A program made the position numbers and the translations under genes. DNA of 32,000 nucleotides from the NCBI RefSeq assembly GCF_009557235.1, contig NZ_CP045650.1:2670001-2702000 (forward strand). Reading direction: 5' to 3'. Below the pieces are notes generated by a model, which was given only the letters and a program-made list of their open reading frames with translations, was not told where the DNA came from and ran no database searches. This stretch comes from Acinetobacter wanghuae. GTDB taxonomy: Bacteria; Pseudomonadota; Gammaproteobacteria; Pseudomonadales; Moraxellaceae. Positions 8,160 to 17,245 of the stretch are shown here, in pieces. How positions within the stretch are numbered: position 1 is the first letter of the stretch; each line of letters starts with the position of its first letter.

Positions 8160-9323
8160 TCAATTATCCCCAAATATATCACGTGTATATACTTTATCTG
8201 TGACATCACTTAACTCTGGAACAGTTCTATTGGCAATAATTACATCTGCTCGTTGTTTAAAATCTGAAAAATTATTCACTACTTCAGAATTAAAAAATCG
8301 TTCTTCCGTCAGATTCGGCTCATAGACAATCACATCAATACCCTTGGCTTTGATCCGCTTCATAATACCTTGGATCGCTGACTCCCTAAAGTTATCAGAT
8401 CCCTGCTTCATGACTAGACGATAAATCCCAACCACTTGAGGTTTTAATTTCAAAATTTGTTCGGCAATAAAATCTTTACGTGTGGTATTTGATTGAATAA
8501 TAGCTGAAATTAAACTTTGTGGTACGTCTTGGTAATTTGCTAAAAGTTGCTTAGTATCTTTTGGTAAACAATAACCACCATAACCAAAGGAAGGATTGTT
8601 ATAATGCGTTCCAATACGTGGATCTAAACCAACTGCCTGAATAATGTCTTTACTATTTAACCCGCGCAAAGCACAGTAACTATCTAATTCATTGAAGTAA
8701 GCAACACGCATCGCTAAATAAGTATTTGAGAATAACTTTACTGCTTCTGCTTCAGTTGAATCCATCAATGCAATATCAACTTCTGGCTTTAAGCTTGCAC
8801 TTTTAAAAAGTTCAGCAATTTTTTGACCAACTTCACTCTTATCTCCAACCACGATGCGTGATGGATATAAATTATCAAATAAGGCTTTGCCTTCACGTAA
8901 AAATTCGGGTGAAAAGACGATTTTGAGATTTGGAAAAAGCATTTGAACTTTTTTGGTAAAACCAACCGGAATTGTTGATTTAATAATAATTACTGCCGAA
9001 GTACCTAATACATTTAGATCATTTAAAACTTGTTCAATTGAACTGGTATCAAAATAATTGGTTTTCTCATCGTAATTCGTTGGTGTAGCAATAATGATAT
9101 AGTCAGCATCTTTATATGCTTCTGATTTATCTAAAGTCGCCTTAAAGTTAATTTCCTTCAATAGGTATTCTTCAATCAACTGGTCTTGAATCGGAGATTT
9201 TTTTTCTCGTAGTAATTTTATACGATTTTCGTCAATATCTAATGCAACAACTTGATGTTGCTGACTAAATAACATGGCATTAGAAAGGCCAACGTAACCT
9301 GTACCAACAATAGTTATATTCAT
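8160..9323 (-). CDS. ugd: UDP-glucose 6-dehydrogenase (short about 388-aa form)
   Basis: [15 protein letters not shown] Rossmann motif and catalytic-Cys motif [14 protein letters not shown]. The length matches E. coli Ugd/HasB-type enzymes. Confidence 0.9.
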   Translation of the reverse strand: MNITIVGTGYVGLSNAMLFSQQHQVVALDIDENRIKLLREKKSPIQDQLIEEYLLKEINFKATLDKSEAYKDADYIIIATPTNYDEKTNYFDTSSIEQVLNDLNVLGTSAVIIIKSTIPVGFTKKVQMLFPNLKIVFSPEFLREGKALFDNLYPSRIVVGDKSEVGQKIAELFKSASLKPEVDIALMDSTEAEAVKLFSNTYLAMRVAYFNELDSYCALRGLNSKDIIQAVGLDPRIGTHYNNPSFGYGGYCLPKDTKQLLANYQDVPQSLISAIIQSNTTRKDFIAEQILKLKPQVVGIYRLVMKQGSDNFRESAIQGIMKRIKAKGIDVIVYEPNLTEERFFNSEVVNNFSDFKQRADVIIANRTVPELSDVTDKVYTRDIFGDN

Positions 9324-9325
9324 AC

Positions 9326-10291
9326 TTATTCACCATTAAATAAAGAATAAAGGCTTTCATTCATTGCAGTTTCCCCAAATAAATCGATCATTGTAAGATT
9401 CCCCTCTTGCTTACTACTGCTTGGTTTAGTCAAAATATCTCCTAAATCCTTTAATGTAGGGAAGGTTTCAATGTATTTACTACCCATTTTTTCTTCAGCC
9501 CATTTGAAAAATGGTGTTTCTAAAGCATATACTTTTGATCTTAATGTCATAGCATAAAAGAAACTTCCCGACACTATCATATCATCATCATTATGAGTAA
9601 TTAGCATTCCAGCACTCTTTTCAACCAAAGATTTTACTTCATTTTGAGTTAAAAATTTAGGAATTATTTCTATATTGGTCTTATACTCAGAAATCTTAAC
9701 AAGCTTGTTTAAATATTCACTATCCTGACATATACCAGCAATAATTAATTTTTTATTAGAAGGAAAAATCTCTATAACTTTTTCTATTTTTTTATATGGA
9801 ACGATACGACCAAATATAATATAACTGTTACCACCATTAATCAGATTACTATCACTTATATTCTCATATAATGGGTGGGGTACATAAGCACGATTAGAAT
9901 TCAACTCTGTTAATGAATGTACAACGACTATATTTGCCATCCTCTCAAATACAGAAATTGCCCATTTTGCTTTTAGAATATCATTTTCCGAGCAATTATG
10001 CGGATAATTATTATGTTTAACATAAACAAATTTTCCCAAACTAATCCTGCATAATAAAAAAACAAGAAATACCTTTAGGAAACCTAATATACTAAATTTA
10101 GTATTTTTTACGATTTGATTCTCAAACCAATTTAAAAAAATAAAATCATTATCTCTTATTAAGAGTAAAGATTTTATGAAATTTCTCTTACTCATCGGAA
10201 CTACTAAACCATAATTTGATAAATAATACTTCATTCTATTACAATAATCATTTTCACAACTTTCAAATGGTAGATAGTATATTTTTCTCAA
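9326..10291 (-). CDS. Divergent GT-B-like protein, putative glycosyltransferase of unknown specificity
   Basis: 321 aa. Only weak GT4-like features: [17 protein letters not shown] resembles the GRLxxxKG segment, and [16 protein letters not shown] sits in place of the EX7E helix. It overlaps wzx by 4 nt and lies 2 nt from ugd. Confidence 0.45.
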   Translation of the reverse strand: MRKIYYLPFESCENDYCNRMKYYLSNYGLVVPMSKRNFIKSLLLIRDNDFIFLNWFENQIVKNTKFSILGFLKVFLVFLLCRISLGKFVYVKHNNYPHNCSENDILKAKWAISVFERMANIVVVHSLTELNSNRAYVPHPLYENISDSNLINGGNSYIIFGRIVPYKKIEKVIEIFPSNKKLIIAGICQDSEYLNKLVKISEYKTNIEIIPKFLTQNEVKSLVEKSAGMLITHNDDDMIVSGSFFYAMTLRSKVYALETPFFKWAEEKMGSKYIETFPTLKDLGDILTKPSSSKQEGNLTMIDLFGETAMNESLYSLFNGE

Positions 10292-11736
10292 TTCTTTACA
10301 CCTTTAAAAACTCTAACTAAAGCCCACTCAAAAATATCATTTATATATTTATTTGAGTAGATAAATAATATGATCAAAAAACAAAACATACCTAATAAAA
10401 TCTTAAAAATAAAACCAATAAGCCCATAAGGTAGAAAATTATTCATTATACTTAAAATAAAAAACATTACTACGCTTGCAATAAGTATAGGTAAATTAAC
10501 AAAAAAGTAATCAAAGAAACTATATCCTATAACTCTACAAACTACATATGTTGCAATGATAAAATTTATAGAATTTGACATTAAATAAAATTGAGAAAAA
10601 AATATAATATCATTACTAAGTTTTATCGATACAAAAAAACCTAAAATAGTTAAAAAAGCCCCGAAACACCCTAACCTAAATAAGACATCTGTACGACCCT
10701 TTGCCATTAAAACACTACCAGTTGAACTTCCTAAAGCTTGAATCATTCCAACTGGACATAGCCATAACAATAACGATGAAACCAATAACCATTCTTTACC
10801 AAAAGTGAAACTTACAAAATCTTCTCTTAATGCCATCAGACCTGTAAGCATAGGGAAACTTAAAAGACTTACAGATATTGTATTTCTTGTGAATAATTCT
10901 TTAAACGCTTTATCATTATTTTGTAATTTACTAAATGCCGGAAAAAAAGCTCTTGATAATACTGATGTCAAAGTCTGTATGGGAAACAGCATAATTTTGT
11001 AGGATAAGTCATATGCTCCTAATACTGTAGTGGTCATATTCTTACCTATTATATATTTATCAGCATTTCTATATGAATAATTAACTAAATTAAAAGCAAA
11101 TAAATTTCCACTAAAACTTACTAATTCTTTAATGTTTTTAATATCTTTAAACCTAACATTCCTAATAGACCAACCTGAAGAATTTACGATTAAGATTGTT
11201 GAAATCAATGCATTAGATATAGCTTGAACCACAATACTATAAACTCCACCACCAATAACTGCCGTTAAGATACAAAGCATTGTAGACAAAATAATACTAC
11301 TACACTCTATAAAAGCTAATTTCTTAAAATCGGATTCTCTTTCCATCAACGCTTTCTGCGTTGTAGCTAAACTCAATATAGGAAAGGTAAGTGATAGTAA
11401 AATAATTACATTAGACAGTTTTTCTTGAGAAAAGTAAGCTGAAAAAAATTGTGCTGAAGCCATTAGAAATGCACATACCAATATACCTAATAACATATTG
11501 AGTAAAAAAACAGCATTAATAACTTTATTATTTAATAGATTTTTTTGAATTATTGCAGCAGATGTACCCATATCACGAAATAGCATACCTAAAGCAACAA
11601 TAATTGATGCAAGTGCAATTAAACCATATTCGCTAGGTAGCATTAGTCTTGCCAATAATATTAAAACAGCAACTTGGCATAAAATTTTAGATATCTGAGA
11701 TATTAAAACCCATTTCACACTATTTATTAAATTCAA
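10288..11736 (-). CDS. wzx: Polysaccharide flippase, WzxC-like (MOP/PST family)
   Basis: 482 aa and polytopic. The N-terminal pattern VKWVLISQISKILCQVAVLILLARLMLPSEYGLIALA matches the WzxC/ExoT-type PST signature. The probable TTG start is preceded by AGGA that overlaps the gdr stop codon. Confidence 0.85.
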   Translation of the reverse strand: MNLINSVKWVLISQISKILCQVAVLILLARLMLPSEYGLIALASIIVALGMLFRDMGTSAAIIQKNLLNNKVINAVFLLNMLLGILVCAFLMASAQFFSAYFSQEKLSNVIILLSLTFPILSLATTQKALMERESDFKKLAFIECSSIILSTMLCILTAVIGGGVYSIVVQAISNALISTILIVNSSGWSIRNVRFKDIKNIKELVSFSGNLFAFNLVNYSYRNADKYIIGKNMTTTVLGAYDLSYKIMLFPIQTLTSVLSRAFFPAFSKLQNNDKAFKELFTRNTISVSLLSFPMLTGLMALREDFVSFTFGKEWLLVSSLLLWLCPVGMIQALGSSTGSVLMAKGRTDVLFRLGCFGAFLTILGFFVSIKLSNDIIFFSQFYLMSNSINFIIATYVVCRVIGYSFFDYFFVNLPILIASVVMFFILSIMNNFLPYGLIGFIFKILLGMFCFLIILFIYSNKYINDIFEWALVRVFKGVKN

Positions 11737-11745
11737 AACAATATC

Positions 11746-13599
11746 CTAAAATATATCTTTATGATAACCATCTACATACTTGGATAATATTATTTCCAAC
11801 ACAAAATTATCAAATGTTATGCAAGCACTATTAAGATTGATAAAAATTTTTTTACTTTTCGTATAGTCAATATATTTCTCAAAAGACTTCAAAATCCTCT
11901 CATGCCCTGTTTTTTCCACATTATCCACATCAATCAATAATTCTTCATACAGCTTTTCACCAGGACGCAAACCCGTAAACTGAATCTCAATATCCCCCAC
12001 CCCATTTTCATCAACAGGTCGGAATCCACTGAGACGTATCATTTGTCGAGCTAAGTCAACAATCTTTACTGATTCACCCATATCCAATAAAAATACATCA
12101 CCACCTATGCCCATCGCACCTGCTTGAATCACGAGCTGTGCCGCTTCAGGAATGGTCATAAAGTAACGTGTTACCTCAGGATGAGTCACCGTCACAGGGC
12201 CACCTTGCGCAATCTGCTTTTTAAACAGTGGCACTACTGAACCCGATGAGCCCAAAACATTACCAAACCGTACAATACTGATTTGGGTTTTAGGATTGGT
12301 TGATGCTAAACCTTGGCAATATAACTCTGCCATTCTCTTAGATGCACCCATGACATTGGTTGGACGTACTGCTTTATCGGTTGAAATCAGTACAAAGGTT
12401 TCTACCCCTTGTGCGACAGCAGCATCGACACTGCGCTGCGTGCCAATCGAGGTGTTATAGATCCCTTCAAAAGGATTGGCTTCAACAAGCGGTACATGCT
12501 TATAAGCTGCAGCGTGATAGACCGTTTGCACGCTATATTGTTGTAAGATCCGTTCCAATTTGGCTTGATTGGTCACTGAACCTAAAATCGGGATCACTTG
12601 AATCCCTGAATTTTGTAATTCGCGATCAATCGAGTACAACGCAAACTCTGACATTTCAAACAGCACGAGCATTTTAGGTTGATGCTTCACGATCTGACGA
12701 CAAAGCTCAGAGCCAATCGACCCCCCCGCCCCAGTCACCATCACCACTTTATTTTTAATATTCTTTTTTAGTAGTTCAGGTTTTGGTGGTACAGGATCAC
12801 GACCAAGTAAATCAATAATATCCACTTCACGGATATCGGCAACCTTAACCTGTCCATCGACCAGTTGAGTGACTCCTGGCAATTCCATGATTTTGACGTC
12901 GGTGGCTTCAAAGGATTCAATAATTTCCTTTTTACGAGCACGTCCGACTGATGGCATTGCAAGTAACACTTCTTCAATGCCAAATTTCCCGAGTTTCTTT
13001 TGCGCTTTTTTCGGTGAATAAATCTTTAAACCACTTAAAGATTGCCCTTTCAGTGATTTTTTATCATCAATAAAACATACGGGAAGATAATCATCAGAAC
13101 GGTTTAACGCAGCCGCAATTTGTTGTCCTGCAAGCCCTGCCCCATAAATCGCTACGCGTTTGCGAGTTTGTTTTTTGGCAAAAGTTTTAAGCGTCGCATA
13201 ACGAATGACTGCGCGACTCCACCACATGTAGGAAAACAGCATAAAGCCGTACATGAGTGGAATACTCATCGGAATAAAGGCAACATCTAATTTTTTAATC
13301 GCATAGAGTGCGACAATTTGAATAAATGTCCCAATCGAAATACGCAGTAAATAGTCTTCGTTAAATGAACGGACAATGGCACGGTAAATCCCGAGCAAAG
13401 CGAAAATCAGTACACCTGCAATCGCAACATAAACATACCAAGCCTCAAGTCCTTGCATCACGGTGACATTTGGACGTGCCAAACGAATGGCGTAGGCCAG
13501 CCACATCATAAGTGGCAACATGCACATGTCCATGGTCACCAAAACCACTTGTTTTTGGCGACGCGGTAAAGATGCAATGGAACGAATAAAATCTTTCAT
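11746..13599 (-). CDS. gdr: Membrane-anchored UDP-GlcNAc 4,6-dehydratase (PglF/WbpM/CapD family)
   Basis: 617 aa. Four N-terminal membrane helices and two Rossmann motifs (VAIYGAGLAGQQ, VMVTGAGGSIGSEL). STDKAVRPTNVMGASKRMAE signature of the Polysacc_synt_2 family. Confidence 0.9.
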   Translation of the reverse strand: MKDFIRSIASLPRRQKQVVLVTMDMCMLPLMMWLAYAIRLARPNVTVMQGLEAWYVYVAIAGVLIFALLGIYRAIVRSFNEDYLLRISIGTFIQIVALYAIKKLDVAFIPMSIPLMYGFMLFSYMWWSRAVIRYATLKTFAKKQTRKRVAIYGAGLAGQQIAAALNRSDDYLPVCFIDDKKSLKGQSLSGLKIYSPKKAQKKLGKFGIEEVLLAMPSVGRARKKEIIESFEATDVKIMELPGVTQLVDGQVKVADIREVDIIDLLGRDPVPPKPELLKKNIKNKVVMVTGAGGSIGSELCRQIVKHQPKMLVLFEMSEFALYSIDRELQNSGIQVIPILGSVTNQAKLERILQQYSVQTVYHAAAYKHVPLVEANPFEGIYNTSIGTQRSVDAAVAQGVETFVLISTDKAVRPTNVMGASKRMAELYCQGLASTNPKTQISIVRFGNVLGSSGSVVPLFKKQIAQGGPVTVTHPEVTRYFMTIPEAAQLVIQAGAMGIGGDVFLLDMGESVKIVDLARQMIRLSGFRPVDENGVGDIEIQFTGLRPGEKLYEELLIDVDNVEKTGHERILKSFEKYIDYTKSKKIFINLNSACITFDNFVLEIILSKYVDGYHKDIF

Positions 13600-13649
13600 T
13601 GAGGCTCAATTATCTTGGCTGAAAAAGCACGCTGTGATTATACGCTGTT

Positions 13650-14825
13650 TTAGGCGTGAATCTTGGCAATCACGCTTTGAATCGCATCTACGATTTTTTG
13701 TAGGCTTTGTTCAGACAGTGTTGGATGCACCAAGAACATCAGACTACTTTCGCCTAAAGCTTTAGCATTGGCTAAACGTGTTGCTGGACGCCACGGTGTC
13801 TCATCAAAAGCTTTTTCTAGATAGACTTCTGAACATGAGCCACTAAAACATGGCACTGCTTGCGCACTGATTTCCGCCATGATGCGATCACGTGACCAGC
13901 CTTCAGGTAAAGTACTAACATTGACCTGTACATAGCATTTATAACTTGCATGCACATAATCAGAAGATGGTTTCGCCACTGTAAAATATGGACTATGTTC
14001 AAATACAGCTTGGATACGTGCCATATGGGCATGACGTTTTGCTGTCCATTCAGGCATTTGTTTCAGTTGCAAACGACCAATCACCGCCTGCATTTCCATC
14101 ATGCGCCAGTTGGTACCAAATGAATCATGCAACCAACGAAAACCCGGTGGATGTTGTTTGTTATACACACTATCAAAGTTTTTGCCATGATCTTTGTATG
14201 ACCACATTCTTTTCCAAAGATGCTCGTCATTGGTGGTGACCATACCGCCTTCACCACCAGTCGTCATAATCTTATCTTGGCAAAAAGACCATGCACCAAT
14301 ATGACCGATTGAACCTGCAGATTTACCTTTATACATCGCACCATGCGCTTGAGCACAATCCTCAATCACGAAGATGTCTTTTTCCTCAGCCAATTGCATG
14401 ATCGGATCCATATCACACATCCAACCTGCTAAATGCACACAAATAATGGCTTTGGTATTCGGCGTAATCACCGCTTCAATGGTACGGCGTGAGATGTTTT
14501 GTGAATCAAATTCAACATCAGCAAAAATAGGATTGGCACCTGCAGTGACAATTGAGCTTGCTGAGGCCAAGAACGTGCGTGAAGTGACAATCACATCATC
14601 ATCTGAACCAATACCGAGGGCCTTGAGGGCTAAATCAAGTGCCACCGTGCCATTTGCCACGGCAACGGCATGTTTGGTTCCTGCAAACTGTGCAAATTCC
14701 TTTTCAAATTCACGGCATTCCTGACCTGTCCAATAATTGACTTTATTAGACAAAAGGACTTTGGACACCGCATCGGCTTCTGCTTGGGTAAAGCTTGGCC
14801 AAGGCTCAAATGCACTGTTTAACAT
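13650..14825 (-). CDS. PLP-dependent UDP-4-keto-6-deoxy-sugar aminotransferase (DegT/DnrJ/EryC1; PglE-like)
   Basis: 391 aa with typical DegT-family layout, including the SFCQDK PLP-lysine motif. It sits between the dehydratase and the acetyltransferase. Confidence 0.9.
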   Translation of the reverse strand: MLNSAFEPWPSFTQAEADAVSKVLLSNKVNYWTGQECREFEKEFAQFAGTKHAVAVANGTVALDLALKALGIGSDDDVIVTSRTFLASASSIVTAGANPIFADVEFDSQNISRRTIEAVITPNTKAIICVHLAGWMCDMDPIMQLAEEKDIFVIEDCAQAHGAMYKGKSAGSIGHIGAWSFCQDKIMTTGGEGGMVTTNDEHLWKRMWSYKDHGKNFDSVYNKQHPPGFRWLHDSFGTNWRMMEMQAVIGRLQLKQMPEWTAKRHAHMARIQAVFEHSPYFTVAKPSSDYVHASYKCYVQVNVSTLPEGWSRDRIMAEISAQAVPCFSGSCSEVYLEKAFDETPWRPATRLANAKALGESSLMFLVHPTLSEQSLQKIVDAIQSVIAKIHA

Positions 14826-14841
14826 GGAATTTTCCTAAAAC

Positions 14842-15504
14842 TTATTGCTGTGAAGTCGTGACAATCCGCGCAGGATTACCCACCACTGTTGCGCCCGCAG
14901 GGACACTTTTGGTGACCACGGCGCCCATGCCGATAATCGCGCCTTTGCCAATCACTAAAGGCTGATCGGAGGTACCCTGCTTAATCATGGCACCTGCGCC
15001 AATATAGGCATGATCATGAATATGAATATTGCCGTTGCATTTTACGCCTGGTGCGAAAGTAACGAAATCCCCAATCACACAATCATGCTCAACATAGCTA
15101 TATAAATTGGCATGGAAGCATTTGCCAATTCTAATATTGGAGGTGATGGTGACAAATGGACTTAAGGCTGAACCTTCCGCGATGTGTACTTCATCCATGA
15201 AAATAACGTTATCGGCAGAGATTGACCAAAGCCGAATACCATCTGCTTCTAAACGCTGGGCAATTTTTTCGCGTACACGACTATTGGCTATCGCAATTTG
15301 CACGTATTTTGTCGATGCAGATTCATTTAAAAATGCCTTATAGTTCATGGCACGATGACCGTTTACCACACTAATTTCTGTTAAAGCATCATCAATAAAG
15401 ACAATTTCAGATTGATCTTGTTCACGCGCCAATTGCTGACGTGCCACAGGCATCAGACTACGTCCACAACCTGAAGCACCATAAATTGCATAGAGTGTTG
15501 TCAT
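14842..15504 (-). CDS. UDP-4-amino-sugar N-acetyltransferase (PglD/NeuD/VioB family)
   Basis: 220 aa. N-terminal Rossmann-like IYGASGCGR followed by C-terminal left-handed beta-helix hexapeptide repeats (IGAGAMI, IGKGAIIGMGAVV). Confidence 0.85.
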   Translation of the reverse strand: MTTLYAIYGASGCGRSLMPVARQQLAREQDQSEIVFIDDALTEISVVNGHRAMNYKAFLNESASTKYVQIAIANSRVREKIAQRLEADGIRLWSISADNVIFMDEVHIAEGSALSPFVTITSNIRIGKCFHANLYSYVEHDCVIGDFVTFAPGVKCNGNIHIHDHAYIGAGAMIKQGTSDQPLVIGKGAIIGMGAVVTKSVPAGATVVGNPARIVTTSQQ

Positions 15505-16106
15505 TATTTTTGTTCCGGTGTACCGGTAAATTTCGTCATGGTTGCTTCGCCTTCGGCACTGATGTCATCTTTGGCAATGACTTTTTTTATAGTTTTCAGC
15601 ATGATTTTAAAGTCGAGCCATAGCGATTGGTTTTCAACATACCATGTATCGAGTTCGAATTTCTTTTCCCATGAAATCGCATTGCGCCCGTTCACTTGTG
15701 CATAACCGGTGATGCCCGGACGCACATTATGCCGTTTGGCTTGTTGCTCATTATATAAAGGCAAATATTCCATCAGTAAGGGACGTGGACCAACGATGCT
15801 CATATTACCCTTTATCACATTCCACAGTTCAGGCATTTCATCGAGACTGGTTGCTCGAAGTATTTTTCCAAATGGGGTGAGGCGTTCACTGTCCGGTAAT
15901 GGATTGCCCTCAGCATCAAGCGCATCTTTCATGGTACGGAACTTAATCATTTTAAAAGGCTTGCCGTGTAAACCCGGACGCACCTGACGAAACAGTACTG
16001 GCGAACCGAGATTCTTTTTCACTTTATGAGCCACAATCAAATACACCGGAGACAGCAAAATTAAAGCCGTCGATGCAATGGTGATATCTAAAATGCGTTT
16101 GATCAT
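15504..16106 (-). CDS. itrA: Initiating undecaprenyl-phosphate sugar-1-phosphate transferase, short PglC/WeeH (ItrA1) type
   Basis: 200 aa. Single N-terminal helix, then FKMIKFRTM, SLDEMPELWNV, GPRP and PGITGYAQVNGRN. It lacks the EW...DPR insertion seen in the 1378-2013 enzyme. Located beside the bacillosamine-type gene set. Confidence 0.88.
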   Translation of the reverse strand: MIKRILDITIASTALILLSPVYLIVAHKVKKNLGSPVLFRQVRPGLHGKPFKMIKFRTMKDALDAEGNPLPDSERLTPFGKILRATSLDEMPELWNVIKGNMSIVGPRPLLMEYLPLYNEQQAKRHNVRPGITGYAQVNGRNAISWEKKFELDTWYVENQSLWLDFKIMLKTIKKVIAKDDISAEGEATMTKFTGTPEQK

Positions 16107-17245
16107 GCCAAGATTCCCATTTCACCAAGCATATATTTGTTCACCTGATGCACATCATATTTATTTAAGGCAATTTCACGGGAACGCTGTCCCATCAACT
16201 CAATGAGTTTTGGATCTTCAATAAAATATTGCATGCTTTGCACCAAATCATCGACTGATTTTACCCCGACTAAATAGCCGTTTAAACCATGCGATACCGT
16301 TTCACGACAACCCGGTGCATCGGTGGTAATCACCGCTCGACCCATTGCCATGGCTTCTAACACAGTACGTGGCGTACCTTCACGATAAGATGGCAACACA
16401 TAGACTGAGCTTTCCGCAATGGCAGGACGCACATCACTGAGTTTACCCCAATATTTCAGACGACCATCAGCAATCCACTCATCAAGTTCAGCTTGGGCAA
16501 TCGCAGATGGATTATCATCAATCCAACCCACTAAATGAAATTCTGCTTCAGGATATTTAGCTTTAATGATGCGTGCCGATTCAGCATATTCACGTACGCC
16601 TTTATCACCGAGTAATCGAGCTATCAGCAAGAATGATGCTTTGACCTGCCCTTGTGCATTTTTCGGTAAGGGCATGACATCAAAATCTTGCACATTTACG
16701 CCTGACCCATTCACCACTACAGTGGGTTTATTGGCTTCGAGCAAGTGCATATCTTGGAACAGTTTTAAATCATCAGGATTTTGGAAAAAGACTTTGTCGC
16801 TATGTTTTAAGGCTTGGGCATATAAGCCATGCACCATTTTTTGGAACAGACTGCGCTTGCCCAATTCCACATTTTGAAAGGCATAACCAAGACCGGTAAT
16901 TAACGCAAAACGATGCGGGACTTTGGCAAGCCATGATGCGAGCATGCCGTAAATCACCGGTTTAATCGTATAAGACAATACATAATCTGGCTGAATATGG
17001 CGAATCTGCTGATACAGATTTTTAAGGAGTTTTAAATCCGCCAATGGATTGGTGCCAGTGCGTTGCATTGGAATTTCATGCAAATGATAGCCAAGCGCTT
17101 CAAGCTTTTGCTGTTCTTCGGGAAAGCTTGCAAACTCAGGTGCCATGATATGAATTTCATAGCCATGAGCAGCAATGGCTTCTAATAATTTGCCACGAAA
17201 ATTCAGCACCGACGGCAAAAAACTACTGATCATTAAAAATTTCAT
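16103..17245 (-). CDS. GT4-family glycosyltransferase, PglA-like
   Basis: The ATG at 17245 forms an ATGA overlap with the upstream stop (the track start at 17260 is a GTG). N-terminal MKFLMISSFLPSVLNFRGKLLEAIAAHGYEI resembles PglA-type enzymes acting on Und-PP-diNAcBac. C-terminal REGTPRTVLEAMAMGRAVITTD. Confidence 0.8.
   Translation of the reverse strand: MKFLMISSFLPSVLNFRGKLLEAIAAHGYEIHIMAPEFASFPEEQQKLEALGYHLHEIPMQRTGTNPLADLKLLKNLYQQIRHIQPDYVLSYTIKPVIYGMLASWLAKVPHRFALITGLGYAFQNVELGKRSLFQKMVHGLYAQALKHSDKVFFQNPDDLKLFQDMHLLEANKPTVVVNGSGVNVQDFDVMPLPKNAQGQVKASFLLIARLLGDKGVREYAESARIIKAKYPEAEFHLVGWIDDNPSAIAQAELDEWIADGRLKYWGKLSDVRPAIAESSVYVLPSYREGTPRTVLEAMAMGRAVITTDAPGCRETVSHGLNGYLVGVKSVDDLVQSMQYFIEDPKLIELMGQRSREIALNKYDVHQVNKYMLGEMGILA

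Noticed and set aside
3079-9205. Homopolymeric A/T tracts of 8 nt inside module-B genes, considered as possible slipped-strand phase-variation switches. They are A8 in manC (3079-3086), T8 in the GT (4499-4506), two A8 tracts near the 5' end of wzy (8090-8097 and 8105-8112) and T8 in ugd (9198-9205).
   Set aside because: A rough estimate for about 10 kb of DNA with A and T each near 0.37 predicts around four to five such runs by chance, and five were seen. The pattern is therefore explained by composition. It would only become interesting if length variation were seen among isolates or sequencing reads.
1198-11945. A mobile-element origin for the low-GC module: IS elements, transposase or integrase genes, terminal inverted repeats or direct repeats at the GC boundaries.
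   Set aside because: Every ORF in and around the module is a polysaccharide-synthesis gene. I found no transposase- or integrase-like ORF and no matching repeats at 1198-1377, 5753-5791 or 11737-11945. Acquisition by homologous recombination within the locus fits better.
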